Positions 18,188 to 27,031 of a DNA stretch of 64,000 nucleotides are shown in pieces. Made by a program: the position numbers and the translations under genes. Position 1 is the stretch's first letter. Each line of letters opens with the position of its first letter. The stretch covers positions 1-64,000 of IMG/VR virus record IMGVR_UViG_2933088407_000001; one strand, given 5' to 3'. The DNA is from a virus (Duplodnaviria; Caudoviricetes). Under the pieces are notes generated by a model, which saw only the letters and a list, made by a program, of their open reading frames with translations, was not told the DNA's origin and ran no database searches.

Positions 18188-19035
18188 GTGACGGCCTCCA
18201 GAACGGGGTGGGCGGGGAGGGCGAGGGGCTGCGCTACCCAGACGATGTGAATCTCCCGGCGGGCCGGGGCGGACGCCGTGCGCGGTGGGGCAGGCTGGCG
18301 GGGGACGCGCGGCAGGTGCTCCAGGCCGGGCAGGACCAGCTGGATCGTCATGCGCAGCGCGATCCGCCGCTGCCTGCTCCCGTCCGTGTTCGGTGCGGCG
18401 GGCACCGGGTGCATGCCGTCCGGGCGGATCCGGGCGCGCTTGGGCAGCACCCCCAGCTCGGCGGCCCGCGCCAGGAGCTCCCCGCGGCTGGCGACGTCCT
18501 TGTCCAGGCCGAGGAGGCCGGTGAGGATCGCCCTGTGCCAGTTGGCGGTGCGCACGTCCATGCCGGCCCGGTACGCCACCAGCTCCTCGTCGGACTCCCG
18601 CGCCAACGCCGCCAATACGGCCTGCTTCTGCGGGGTCCGGGCCTCGTCGAGCCGTGGATCCCCCGCCGCGAGGGCGACCGTGGGCTCGGCCGTGCGGCGG
18701 CGTGCGATCAGGTCCCGGTGTCGCTCCAGGGACCGCATGCCGCCGAGGACGCCCTCGGGCTCGGCGAGCTTGCCGTCGGGGGTCTCGGCCAGGCCGTACG
18801 CCCGGCACTGCGCCAGCACCGGACACGAGGCGCACACCGCGGCCGCGGCCTTCTCCCGCGCTATCCGCACCGACGGCGCCTCACCGTCGTCCTCCGTATA
18901 CGGCAACCACGCATCGACACCCAGCTCCAGGTCCCCCTGCGCCCGCGTCGGCTCGTCCAGGTCCGGGGCACAGCCGCGGTAGGCGTAGTGCCGGTGCTCC
19001 GTCAGGTTCATCCAGGCTCGGCGTGCTTCATGCAT
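18184..19035 (-). CDS. WhiB-family protein with C-terminal HTH-like domain
   Basis: RGC ... AAAVCASCPVLAQC ... EGVLGGMRSLER. Confidence 0.8.
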   Translation of the reverse strand: MHEARRAWMNLTEHRHYAYRGCAPDLDEPTRAQGDLELGVDAWLPYTEDDGEAPSVRIAREKAAAAVCASCPVLAQCRAYGLAETPDGKLAEPEGVLGGMRSLERHRDLIARRRTAEPTVALAAGDPRLDEARTPQKQAVLAALARESDEELVAYRAGMDVRTANWHRAILTGLLGLDKDVASRGELLARAAELGVLPKRARIRPDGMHPVPAAPNTDGSRQRRIALRMTIQLVLPGLEHLPRVPRQPAPPRTASAPARREIHIVWVAQPLALPAHPVLEAVT

Positions 19036-19297
19036 GGCCGTCCCCCTCCCTCTCCCCGCGAAGGGCGCTATCAACGACGGAAGCCGCGGCCTGAAGGACC
19101 GCGGCTTCCCGTTCCTGCTTCGTGAGCTCTTGTCTGACGTGCCGGGCAAGTGCTTGGACTTCCCGGGCTTGGGCTGCCTCTGTGAGGCGGCGGGTGGCGC
19201 GTTCGGCGGTGAGTTGGCGGCGCTGCCACCACCACGCAACCAACAGGCCGGCGGTGAGGAGGAGCGCCAGGATCACGGGTGTGAGCATGGCGCTCAC
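19028..19297 (-). CDS. small membrane-anchored coiled-coil protein
   Basis: N-terminal TM segment; AGGAGG RBS. Confidence 0.6.
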   Translation of the reverse strand: MSAMLTPVILALLLTAGLLVAWWWQRRQLTAERATRRLTEAAQAREVQALARHVRQELTKQEREAAVLQAAASVVDSALRGEREGDGHA

Positions 19298-19300
19298 CTC

Positions 19301-19570
19301 CTACGTAGTGACGTGGGGATGGGGGTCGGGTGCCGGTGAATACCAGGTCTCGTACAGGTCGTGCACGAGGGTTTCGGCGGTGACGATGGCCAGGTCCGCG
19401 GCGGCAGCCTCACGGGCGAGGCTCCGGCCCGTGCTGCGCAGGTGTCGGCGCTCCCACAGCACCCGGTACGCGGCCGCGCACCCGGTATGGAGCGCGGCCA
19501 GGACCAGCAGCGGGGATACGACCAGCGTCACCAGAGCAACAGCGGCGGATTCGAGCAGTCGGCGGAACAC
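19301..19570 (-). CDS. small membrane protein
   Basis: GGAGG RBS; hydrophobic N-terminal half. Confidence 0.5.
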   Translation of the reverse strand: MFRRLLESAAVALVTLVVSPLLVLAALHTGCAAAYRVLWERRHLRSTGRSLAREAAAADLAIVTAETLVHDLYETWYSPAPDPHPHVTT

Positions 19571-19734
19571 AACAGCACCTCCCTCGGGAGCGGTACGGGT
19601 ATCTGCCCGGGGCACGCCTCGGGCGCGGCCTGCGGTTCGGGCTTCTTCTTGGCGGGCTTCGCGGGTGGGGGCGGAGGGCCGACCGTGGCGGCCGGCACCT
19701 CCATCCCCTCCACGTCGAGCTGGCGAGCCGGCAT
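19528..19734 (-). CDS. small Pro/Lys-rich hypothetical protein
   Basis: TGATG coupling to the upstream gene. Confidence 0.4.
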   Translation of the reverse strand: MPARQLDVEGMEVPAATVGPPPPPAKPAKKKPEPQAAPEACPGQIPVPLPREVLLCSADCSNPPLLLW

Positions 19735-20003
19735 CAGTGCCAGTAGCTCTCGCGTCGTCGGGAGCGGGAACCGCTGGTGTCACTGGTGTGAGCGGACCGG
19801 CATCGGTGGTCGCAAAAGGCCGCGTCGGCCCGCTTGCGCAGCCTTCGGTGGAAGCCGCCCTGAGAGACGCACGGCTGCTTGTTCGTCTGGCAGTCGAGGC
19901 ACCAATCGATGGGGTCGATGTAGTCGCCGCACCAGGCACAGTGTCGTGTTCCGTCGCCGTAGAGAATGGCCTGGGCGGCGGAAGCGACCAGCCGGCGGGC
20001 CAT
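19734..20003 (-). CDS. zinc-finger protein
   Basis: CAWCG ... RADAAFCDHRCR. Confidence 0.6.
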   Translation of the reverse strand: MARRLVASAAQAILYGDGTRHCAWCGDYIDPIDWCLDCQTNKQPCVSQGGFHRRLRKRADAAFCDHRCRSAHTSDTSGSRSRRRESYWH

Positions 20004-20983
20004 CAGGCGGCGTTCCTCTCCTGCTTGCCAGCTTCAAGGGCGTCGATGCGGCCCTGCATCAGGTCGCCGAGCTTCACCGAGCCGTTCTTGGCCGGGACCA
20101 TCACGTCCAGTACGCCGAGCTTTCGCCCTTCGAGCAGGTTCTGCCGCATGCCGTCGACGTTCTTCCAGCTGTTGCTGACTTTTTCCATCAGCGCCTCCAA
20201 CGGCTCAGGCGACTCACCTTCAGCAGACGGGGCTGGCTGGACGCCATGCTCGGCAGCTACCTGCGCCGCCGCCTGCGGAGCCTCCTCCGCCTTCTTCGCC
20301 TCGCGCTCCGCGGCCTCAGCCTTCAGATGCTTGCCGCGGGCCACGATCAGCTCGCCGAGGGTGGTCTCCCCATCCGGTCCGGCGACGGTGGCGTCCAGCA
20401 GCCCATCGGCCTTCGCTTCCGCGTGCATCGCGGCCAGCGCCCCAGGGTTGTGCCACACGGCGCCCTTGCGAAGCCGCTCCATGTACCCGTCTGCGGGGCT
20501 GCGGTGCCCCACCGGGTGGTCCCGGTCCCCGTCATCCAGGGACTTCGCGTCGACCGGAATCATGAAGGTGTGAATCAGCGCGTACTTCAGGGCCGCGGAC
20601 ATCGCCTTGTTGGACGCCTTGTCGGCGACGTCGGACGCCTCGCCCATCGTGACCGCGCGCACGGAGTCGCCGGCGGGGCCGTAGAAGTGGAAGGCGACGC
20701 GCATGCGGACCGCGTTCATCTTGCCGCGGGACTCCGACTCGCAGTCCAGGACCTCGGGCGTCATGAAGACGCCGTGGTCGCGGAGCGGCTGGGCGAGGGC
20801 GGCGATGGCGTCGTCGACTCCGCGGAAGCTGTAGTTCTGGGAGTTGTTGCGGCCGTTCTTTCCGACGTTGCGGACGTCGCGCATGACCAGGGCCATGGCC
20901 TGGTGGATGGTGGGCTGGGCCTGGTTTTGGGTGTGCTGAGTGGGGCCCTCCGCAGAAGCGGGGGCCTGGGCCGTGTTGGACAC
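20003..20983 (-). CDS. ERF-family ssDNA-annealing protein
   Basis: NYSFRGVDD, FYGPAGD, GEASD.ADKA.NKAMSAALKYAL..F.IP...D.D. Confidence 0.85.
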   Translation of the reverse strand: MSNTAQAPASAEGPTQHTQNQAQPTIHQAMALVMRDVRNVGKNGRNNSQNYSFRGVDDAIAALAQPLRDHGVFMTPEVLDCESESRGKMNAVRMRVAFHFYGPAGDSVRAVTMGEASDVADKASNKAMSAALKYALIHTFMIPVDAKSLDDGDRDHPVGHRSPADGYMERLRKGAVWHNPGALAAMHAEAKADGLLDATVAGPDGETTLGELIVARGKHLKAEAAEREAKKAEEAPQAAAQVAAEHGVQPAPSAEGESPEPLEALMEKVSNSWKNVDGMRQNLLEGRKLGVLDVMVPAKNGSVKLGDLMQGRIDALEAGKQERNAA

Positions 20984-21064
20984 GTGAGGTCTCCTCGGTA
21001 TGGGGTTGTGGTGGTGCTGCGGGGCCCGGCCGGTGTCGGCGTCCGGACCAGACCCCGCCGGGTG

Positions 21065-21589
21065 CTATTTGCCCTTCGCCTTTGTGGCCGTGGGCATCGG
21101 CAGGACGTGCAGCAGGTAGGCCTTGACGATCTGTGTGGTCTTCGGCGCCCAGTCCAGCTCGCCGGCGTCCTTCAGTTCCTTGCCGCGGGCGTCGGCTTGG
21201 GCGCGCAGGTCCTTGTCGAGGGCGACGTTCAGCGTGACACTGTCGCGCTCATCAGGGTTGGTGGCAGCGCGCTGCGGACGCTCCGGGACGTACTTGCCAG
21301 CGATGAACAGGCGCAGGCCCTCCTCGGCGAGGTCGGATAGGGCTACGCCCTTGGCTTCGGCGGCCTGGTGCAGGTGCGTGCGCAGGGAACGCTCCATGTG
21401 GATCGACTTGTTGGGCGATAGCTTGCTGACCGCGGTGGGTTCGGTGCGGCGCAGCTTGCTCCAGCCGTTGGGGGCCAGTGCCTCGTCGATGGCTTCTGCG
21501 GCGTCCGCGAGGACACCAGGGTCGGGGGTGCCGGGTTCGCGGAGCTTGGCGGCGGCGGTGGTCAGGCGCTGGCGGAGGTTGCTCGGCAC
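21065..21589 (-). CDS. putative tandem ribbon-helix-helix regulator
   Basis: NKSIHMERSLRTHLHQAAEAKGVALSDLAEEGLRLF and TLNVALDKDLRAQA...TQIVKAYL. Confidence 0.55.
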   Translation of the reverse strand: MPSNLRQRLTTAAAKLREPGTPDPGVLADAAEAIDEALAPNGWSKLRRTEPTAVSKLSPNKSIHMERSLRTHLHQAAEAKGVALSDLAEEGLRLFIAGKYVPERPQRAATNPDERDSVTLNVALDKDLRAQADARGKELKDAGELDWAPKTTQIVKAYLLHVLPMPTATKAKGK

Positions 21590-21681
21590 GGTGCGGGGTC
21601 CTCTCGGCGGTGAGCGCCGTTCGGACCTGGGGCGGTTCGGCGGGCGCGTGGGGGCGTTTCGCACCAGTGTCCTCCTGCTGT

Positions 21682-21792
21682 CTGTTGTGATCGCAATAGG
21701 GGTTGCGGTCACGTTGGGCGGGTGGCGGCGGTTGCCGGTGTCACCACCATAACGCACTTTCTGTTGCGATCACAACGGTTAAGGGCTACGGT
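21682..21792. promoter_or_regulatory. divergent promoters with operator copies 3 and 4
   Basis: CTGTTGTGATCGCAATAG (21682-21699) and CTGTTGCGATCACAACGG (21761-21778); plus strand TTGCGA-17-TACGGT, minus strand TTGTGA-18-TATGGT. Confidence 0.7.
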
Positions 21793-21822
21793 GGGCACCA
21801 CACCAACCAAAGCGGGGACACG

Positions 21823-22107
21823 ATGCGACACACCAACCGCCACATCCACGCCGCACTCACCACCAGCCTCTCCGCCGCACACGCCACCCTCGGCCGCCTC
21901 GCCCACCTCCGCTACACCCTCACCACCACCCACCGCGTACAGATCGCCTACCGCAAGGAAAACGGCGAGACGTCCGTACGCATCGTCGAACCGGACAAGG
22001 TCTGGCGTTCCAAGGCCGGGGACTGGTGCCTCCGCGCCCACGACCTCCTCCGCGACGCCTCCCGCACCTTCCGCCTCGACCGCATCACCGCACTGGAGAC
22101 CGCCTGA
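21823..22107 (+). CDS. stand-alone WYL-domain protein
   Basis: VQIAYRKENGETSVRIVEP ... WCLRAHDLLRDASRTFRLDRI. Confidence 0.85.
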   Translation: MRHTNRHIHAALTTSLSAAHATLGRLAHLRYTLTTTHRVQIAYRKENGETSVRIVEPDKVWRSKAGDWCLRAHDLLRDASRTFRLDRITALETA

Positions 22108-22156
22108 CAGGCCCTCCGCGACACGGCACCATCACCTTGAAGCAGAGGAGAACAGA

Positions 22157-22369
22157 ATGAGCACCAAGCGACCCAGCAAGGCGTGGCGAATCGTCATCGG
22201 CACTGACATCTACCCGCAGCGTTCCGAAACCGCCACCCGGGACGCCGTGGCCGAGCACAAAGCCACTACCTCGGCAAACCGCATCGTCATTCAGAAGTGG
22301 GGTGCCGGTTCGTGGAGTGAGTGGCTGCGATGGAACCGTACCGAGGGCGGCAACTGGGTCGCCCAGTAA
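22157..22369 (+). CDS. hypothetical protein
   Basis: GAGGAG RBS; followed by a hairpin. Confidence 0.6.
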   Translation: MSTKRPSKAWRIVIGTDIYPQRSETATRDAVAEHKATTSANRIVIQKWGAGSWSEWLRWNRTEGGNWVAQ

Positions 22370-22480
22370 CGACGAAGGCCACCGCCCGAAGGTGGTGGCC
22401 TGAACATGCGACGCGTACAACGCGGACAGTGTACCCGAGGAACTGACCACACCGCCACCAACACCCGCAAGGAGCACCAC

Positions 22481-22771
22481 ATGGCCACCGAGACACAGCT
22501 GCACCTGGTCATCAGCAAGCCCGAGCCCGGAGAATGGCTCGACCGACTCGATGTCGTCGAGGCCCTGGAAACAGCGGGGTGGACCGGCGATGCCGACATG
22601 CCGCTCAGCATCCTGCGCCACCCGTCCGGAGCTGTCTGGGCCTTGGCGAATGGATCCGGCGACTCCGGGCTCGACTGCCCGAACGGCGCGGTCATCGAGT
22701 TCCCCAGCGACACCCCCACCATCGTCGTCGTCGCGGCCTGCCTGGCTGCGGCCGAGACACCCAGGCCGTGA
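22481..22771 (+). CDS. hypothetical protein
   Basis: AAGGAG RBS. Confidence 0.65.
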   Translation: MATETQLHLVISKPEPGEWLDRLDVVEALETAGWTGDADMPLSILRHPSGAVWALANGSGDSGLDCPNGAVIEFPSDTPTIVVVAACLAAAETPRP

Positions 22772-22959
22772 CTTCCCGCCCCGCTCAGCAGCCGTCCCTG
22801 CCCGACATCCCCGAGCAGGGACGCCGCCGTATCTGGTGCCGGCGCGAACTGCACGACCCCGACAGCCGCACGCGAGGCTGGGGAAGGGAGTGCGACCCGG
22901 CCAACACGACCCAGCACCGCGACCATGGCGTCGACCAGGACACCATCCCCGGCACCTGA
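22768..22959 (+). CDS. small hypothetical protein
   Basis: GTGA overlap; CRRELHDPDSRTRGWGREC. Confidence 0.5.
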   Translation: MTSRPAQQPSLPDIPEQGRRRIWCRRELHDPDSRTRGWGRECDPANTTQHRDHGVDQDTIPGT

Positions 22960-22970
22960 AGGAGACCGCC

Positions 22971-23174
22971 GTGACTACCGCGATCGACCAGCATGAAGAC
23001 CCCTTCGGCCCCTACGAGTACGTAGAACAGTCCGACCGATGCCGCGGCGCGGAAGGCGACTGCTGCCCGCTCTACGGCCCCCCACGGTGCACCGGACGCC
23101 AAAGCACCTGCCGTTGCACGTGTCCCGCATGCTGCGGCGACACTCCCGACGTGTGGGGCGCCCCGGTTTACTGA
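22971..23174 (+). CDS. small Cys-rich protein
   Basis: AAGGAG RBS; many cysteines in 67 aa. Confidence 0.55.
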   Translation: MTTAIDQHEDPFGPYEYVEQSDRCRGAEGDCCPLYGPPRCTGRQSTCRCTCPACCGDTPDVWGAPVY

Positions 23175-23188
23175 CTCAACGGGCACGG

Positions 23189-24385
23189 TCAGCCGCGTCG
23201 CAACGCCCTGTACGCCGCGTTTGCCGCCGACGCAGCCTTCCAGCACGCCTCGCACCGGCACCTGTAATTCCGGTACGTCGACTCCCGCCCATGCACCGCA
23301 AACCCCGGCACTCCCGGATGCGGCCCATCCGCCCACCGCGGCGGCCGCTCCACAGGCTCATCGAACCGGCCCCGGACCTCCGCCAACTCCGGCACCAACG
23401 CCTCCACATCCACCGCCCGACGCAACGCCTCCGGAGTCGTCGGCAACGGCACCCACGGCCCCAGCTCAGCCTGCTCCCACTGGCCGGCCAGGACTGCGTT
23501 CAACCGCTCGATCGCCCGCTGATGCCCCTCACGAAAACCCCACGCCCGCAACGGCATCCCAGCCTCGTACGTGAGCGGTTCACCGTCCTCGCCGTACCCC
23601 GTCGTGGTCGCCGCAACGGTCACCCACAGCGCCCCGTGGTCCGAACCCTCCAGGCCCGCCACCAGCCCATCCCGGAACCCCAGCCACTGCCGCAACGCCT
23701 CCACCGTCCCCGGCCGCAGCGGCAGCGTCGCCTCCACTATCGGCAGATGCGCCGCATTCTGCGTGTGATACACCGCCCGGATCCGCCCCGGCTCCAACTC
23801 CAGGTCATCCAGCGTCCGGGACACCATCGCCCCCGTCTGCATGCCCGTATCGAGGATCACCCCGACCACCGCCAGGGCCCGAGCCGACTGCGCATCCGCC
23901 GGCGAGCGTGCCGCCCAGTCCGCGAGCTTGCGGTACACCGCCGCAGCCTGCCGCTCCGACACCCGCTCGGCCCCCGACTCCCGCGCCACCCTCGGCAACA
24001 CCACCGCCACATCGGCTTCCTCGCCGAGGATCTTCAGGCAGTCCCTGAGCGTCGCGCGCGACGGCCACGACAAGGGCGTACCCACCAGGCCCGGCTTCCG
24101 GGGGTCCCGGAACACCCCCTCACCCGCCAGCTCCAAGAACGCATCGACGGCCTGCGGCGACAGCAGACGCTTCGCAGACCTGCCGCACCCCTCGGGCATC
24201 CCCTCATGCTCGACCGCGGCCGCGAGCTGCTTGACCGTCGCCCGCAGCTGCCGGGCCCGCGACACCGACACCTGCCGGCCCCGCCGCAACGGCGGCCGCG
24301 CCTCCCACCGCGCAGGGTCCCGCGGCGCCACCCGCTCCACCAACGCCTCAAGCCGCCGCACCGCCGGCGCCTGCTGCTCGGTCAT
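23189..24385 (-). CDS. degenerate tyrosine-recombinase-like protein with C-terminal zinc motif
   Basis: RALAVVGVILDTGMQTGAMVSRTLDDL; LPLRPGTVEALRQWL..R; TPEALRR; HGRESTYRNYRCRCEAC. Confidence 0.65.
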   Translation of the reverse strand: MTEQQAPAVRRLEALVERVAPRDPARWEARPPLRRGRQVSVSRARQLRATVKQLAAAVEHEGMPEGCGRSAKRLLSPQAVDAFLELAGEGVFRDPRKPGLVGTPLSWPSRATLRDCLKILGEEADVAVVLPRVARESGAERVSERQAAAVYRKLADWAARSPADAQSARALAVVGVILDTGMQTGAMVSRTLDDLELEPGRIRAVYHTQNAAHLPIVEATLPLRPGTVEALRQWLGFRDGLVAGLEGSDHGALWVTVAATTTGYGEDGEPLTYEAGMPLRAWGFREGHQRAIERLNAVLAGQWEQAELGPWVPLPTTPEALRRAVDVEALVPELAEVRGRFDEPVERPPRWADGPHPGVPGFAVHGRESTYRNYRCRCEACWKAASAANAAYRALRRG

Positions 24386-24402
24386 CGTGTTCTCCGCCCG
24401 TC

Positions 24403-24969
24403 TCAGGTCAACCCACTCATGGCGTCCCAGGTGTTCTGCCGAGGGGGTGCTGGCTGCGCGAACTCCTTGCGAAACGGATCCCAGTACCGCAGTTGGACGC
24501 CGAGCATCTTGGTTGGGTGACGCTCGCGGTAGCGGTCGTAGACCGTTCCCGGAAGGCCGTTCATTCCCTCGTTGGTGTTGCAGGTACGGCACAGCAGCCC
24601 GCGAACCAGCCCGGTGTCGTGGTCATGGTCCGTCACTAGCCGCTCGACGCCTCCGCAGATGGCGCAGCGGCCATCCTGCCAGGCACGCAATCGGTCCTCC
24701 GCTTGTTCTTCAGAGGCGGCGCCGGGTCGGTCTACAGGCCAGCTCCAACAGATGGGAGGGCCCGTCACAAGAGCGGCGTAACGCTGACGGTACGGCTCCC
24801 AAGCCGCGGCACTCTCCGCCTGCCTGGCCCTGTAGTCGGTGCGCTCTTCCTGGGTCAAATGGGTCACGCACGACTCGTACGGATGGAGCCGGAAGCCCTG
24901 GCACGGTTTCTTTGTCGTCGCGGTGGCTCGACCGCAGCGCGGGGGCGGTACGAACGCGATGTCATTCAC
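24403..24969 (-). CDS. endonuclease VII-family protein
   Basis: WQDGRCAICG ... DHDHDTGLVRGLLCRTCN..EG. Confidence 0.88.
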   Translation of the reverse strand: MNDIAFVPPPRCGRATATTKKPCQGFRLHPYESCVTHLTQEERTDYRARQAESAAAWEPYRQRYAALVTGPPICWSWPVDRPGAASEEQAEDRLRAWQDGRCAICGGVERLVTDHDHDTGLVRGLLCRTCNTNEGMNGLPGTVYDRYRERHPTKMLGVQLRYWDPFRKEFAQPAPPRQNTWDAMSGLT

Positions 24970-25997
24970 AGTCCGAGTCCGATCAGCGCGTTGTCCTGCT
25001 CGTCCCACTGGTCCACGATCTGCATGTAGCCGTCCAGCACCTTCGACCCCTCCTTGTGCCCCGTGATCGCCGCGATGGCCTTACGGTCCTTGCCCTTGCG
25101 GCGTGCCTCCGTCGCGAACCCGGAGCGTACCGAGTGGCCCGTGAACAGAGCCTCGACCCCAGCGCGGAGGCCGGCCGCGGTGATGAGATCGCCGGCACGC
25201 TGCGGCGTGAGGCCCTGCGGCTGCACGGCGCCGGTGTGGTGGATGCGGCGGAAAGCGTGCCGGTCCGGGGCGGCGATCTGCGCGGCCTCGACCCATTCCT
25301 TCCAGGCCCGCACGGGGCAGGTGGCCGGGTTGGTGCCGAACGGTACGGGCACCGTGCGGGGCTCGGTCTTGGACACGCGCACGTCGACCAGGAGCCCGTT
25401 GTCGTCGTCGCGGATGTTGCGCAGGCGCAGTCCGGCGAGCTCGGCGCGGCGGGCTGCGATGGAGAACCCGAGGAGCAGCATGGCCCGGTCGCGGATACCG
25501 AAGATGTCGCCGTCGCACTTGTCGACGATGAGACGCAGTGTGTCCAGCCGCATGGCTGGCGCCTTGCCCCGGCCTCGGGCTGGCTCCTCTGCCTCCTCGG
25601 CCTTCTTGCGGTAGTCCTTCAGCAACTCCCGGGCGGCCTTGGTGTCTTCGGGGCTGATGACGACGCCGTACTGGGTGCGCAGGGTGACGGTGACGCCGGC
25701 GAGCTTGCGGTCGATGGTGGAGTAGGCGCGTTTCTCCCGGTTCCACAGGTAGTCGACGAAGGCGCGCAGCGTGCCGCGGGTGGCGGCGGTGGTGGGGATC
25801 TGGAGCTGGCCGCAGAAAGCGGTCCAGGTCTTCCAGTCCGCGGCGTAGGAGCGGACAGTGTTGTCTGGGCGTTGGTCCTGGGCGTGCTCGTCGGATGCGG
25901 TGTCGAGGGCGGCGAGGCGAGCGCGGAGGGCGTCGTCGAACTCTGCGGGCAGCAGCGGGGCTTGGGCGGGTCTGGCGGGCAGATTGTCGGTGCTCAC
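24966..25997 (-). CDS. tyrosine recombinase, Cre-like (probable multimer resolvase)
   Basis: RDRAMLLLGFSIAARRAEL, SKT, GHSVRSG, ITGH, LDGY: full R-K-H-R-H-Y set. Confidence 0.92.
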   Translation of the reverse strand: MSTDNLPARPAQAPLLPAEFDDALRARLAALDTASDEHAQDQRPDNTVRSYAADWKTWTAFCGQLQIPTTAATRGTLRAFVDYLWNREKRAYSTIDRKLAGVTVTLRTQYGVVISPEDTKAARELLKDYRKKAEEAEEPARGRGKAPAMRLDTLRLIVDKCDGDIFGIRDRAMLLLGFSIAARRAELAGLRLRNIRDDDNGLLVDVRVSKTEPRTVPVPFGTNPATCPVRAWKEWVEAAQIAAPDRHAFRRIHHTGAVQPQGLTPQRAGDLITAAGLRAGVEALFTGHSVRSGFATEARRKGKDRKAIAAITGHKEGSKVLDGYMQIVDQWDEQDNALIGLGL

Positions 25998-26245
25998 GCC
26001 TGGCCGCCACTGTCCGCGGGGACAGGACCTGTCTCGAGAGAGTTGGTCAGGAGGACCGCTTCGGCAGAGATCAGGGAGGCAGCCTCGGTGTGACCTTGGG
26101 CGCGCAGCTTGTCGGCTAGTGCCCACGTGTAACGGGCGAGGTTGGCGTCGATGACCCATTCCTCGCCGGGCTTGAGCATACGGCGGGAGTGCAGCGCCTC
26201 GATGAAGGTGTCTCGGGCGCTGCCCATGACTGTCTGGTCGGCCAT
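25994..26245 (-). CDS. hypothetical protein
   Basis: GTGA coupling to the recombinase gene. Confidence 0.55.
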   Translation of the reverse strand: MADQTVMGSARDTFIEALHSRRMLKPGEEWVIDANLARYTWALADKLRAQGHTEAASLISAEAVLLTNSLETGPVPADSGGQA

Positions 26246-26373
26246 CTTCGTCCCCTTGTTCGGATCGCGATCACTCGCCATATGTGAGCTTATCCCGCAT
26301 CAGAACGAGTGATCCCCTATCTGGCGACCCGATCCTCTTGCGATCAATACCTTAAGGACTGTAAGGTTTCTTC

Positions 26374-26808
26374 ATGCAGAAGTCCTACGGCATTGAAGCC
26401 GCCCGCGCCCAGCTCGGCGAAATCGCCGACTACGTCCGCACCAGCGGCGAAACCATCGCCTTGACCCGGCACGGCCGACCCATCGCAGTCATCGGTCCCA
26501 CCAAGGCCGTAAAGCCGGCCGGCGGCGTGGAGGCCACGTTGTACTACCCGCACACTGAGCGAACCTGCGTCCTACCCGCCCTCCCCCGAACCGGCGAAGA
26601 GCTCGTCCAAGACGAGGAATTGAGCCCGACTGAGAGCACCGAAACGAGGTGGATCATTACCGAAGTGCAGTGGCACCTGGCCGTCGACAGCTCACCCTCA
26701 GTCGGTATCACCCTCGACCCGGCAGACGACCACACGCGCCAGATCATGAAGCAGCAGGAAGCAGACCGCATCGCAGCCGCACGCGCCCGCCGTACCACCG
26801 AGCAGTGA
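26374..26808 (+). CDS. Phd/YefM-like N-terminal domain fused to an unknown domain
   Basis: YGIEAARAQLGEIADYV..GETIALTRHGRPIAVIGP. Confidence 0.75.
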   Translation: MQKSYGIEAARAQLGEIADYVRTSGETIALTRHGRPIAVIGPTKAVKPAGGVEATLYYPHTERTCVLPALPRTGEELVQDEELSPTESTETRWIITEVQWHLAVDSSPSVGITLDPADDHTRQIMKQQEADRIAAARARRTTEQ

Positions 26809-26812
26809 GGAC

Positions 26813-27031
26813 ATGACCATGAGCGGACAGCGCCAATACGACGTCGACTGGACCGACGAAGGCAACCCGCGCATCGTCCACGCCCAGCCCGGCGACGACG
26901 CAATGACCTTGATCGAAGCTCAGCAGGCCCTGCGTGACGGCTTGGACGAGGTCGAGGCCGCCCGAGAGTCGGTCGAGCAGGGCCTGGAGAGCATGTTCCG
27001 GCGCCTCGGCCAGCCAACCACTGAGCAGTGA
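26813..27031 (+). CDS. small hypothetical protein
   Basis: 72 aa, directly downstream of the Phd-like gene. Confidence 0.55.
   Translation: MTMSGQRQYDVDWTDEGNPRIVHAQPGDDAMTLIEAQQALRDGLDEVEAARESVEQGLESMFRRLGQPTTEQ

Noticed and set aside
24966-25997. Recombinase as proof of an integrated prophage
   Set aside because: Cre-like features, internal position, presence of rep/parAB and no visible att or tRNA junction; integration is not excluded
23841-26093. 750-aa plus-strand ORF
   Set aside because: Overlaps three well-supported minus-strand genes and has low-information composition
26374-27031. Canonical type II toxin-antitoxin pair
   Set aside because: The downstream protein lacks RelE, PIN or Fic motifs
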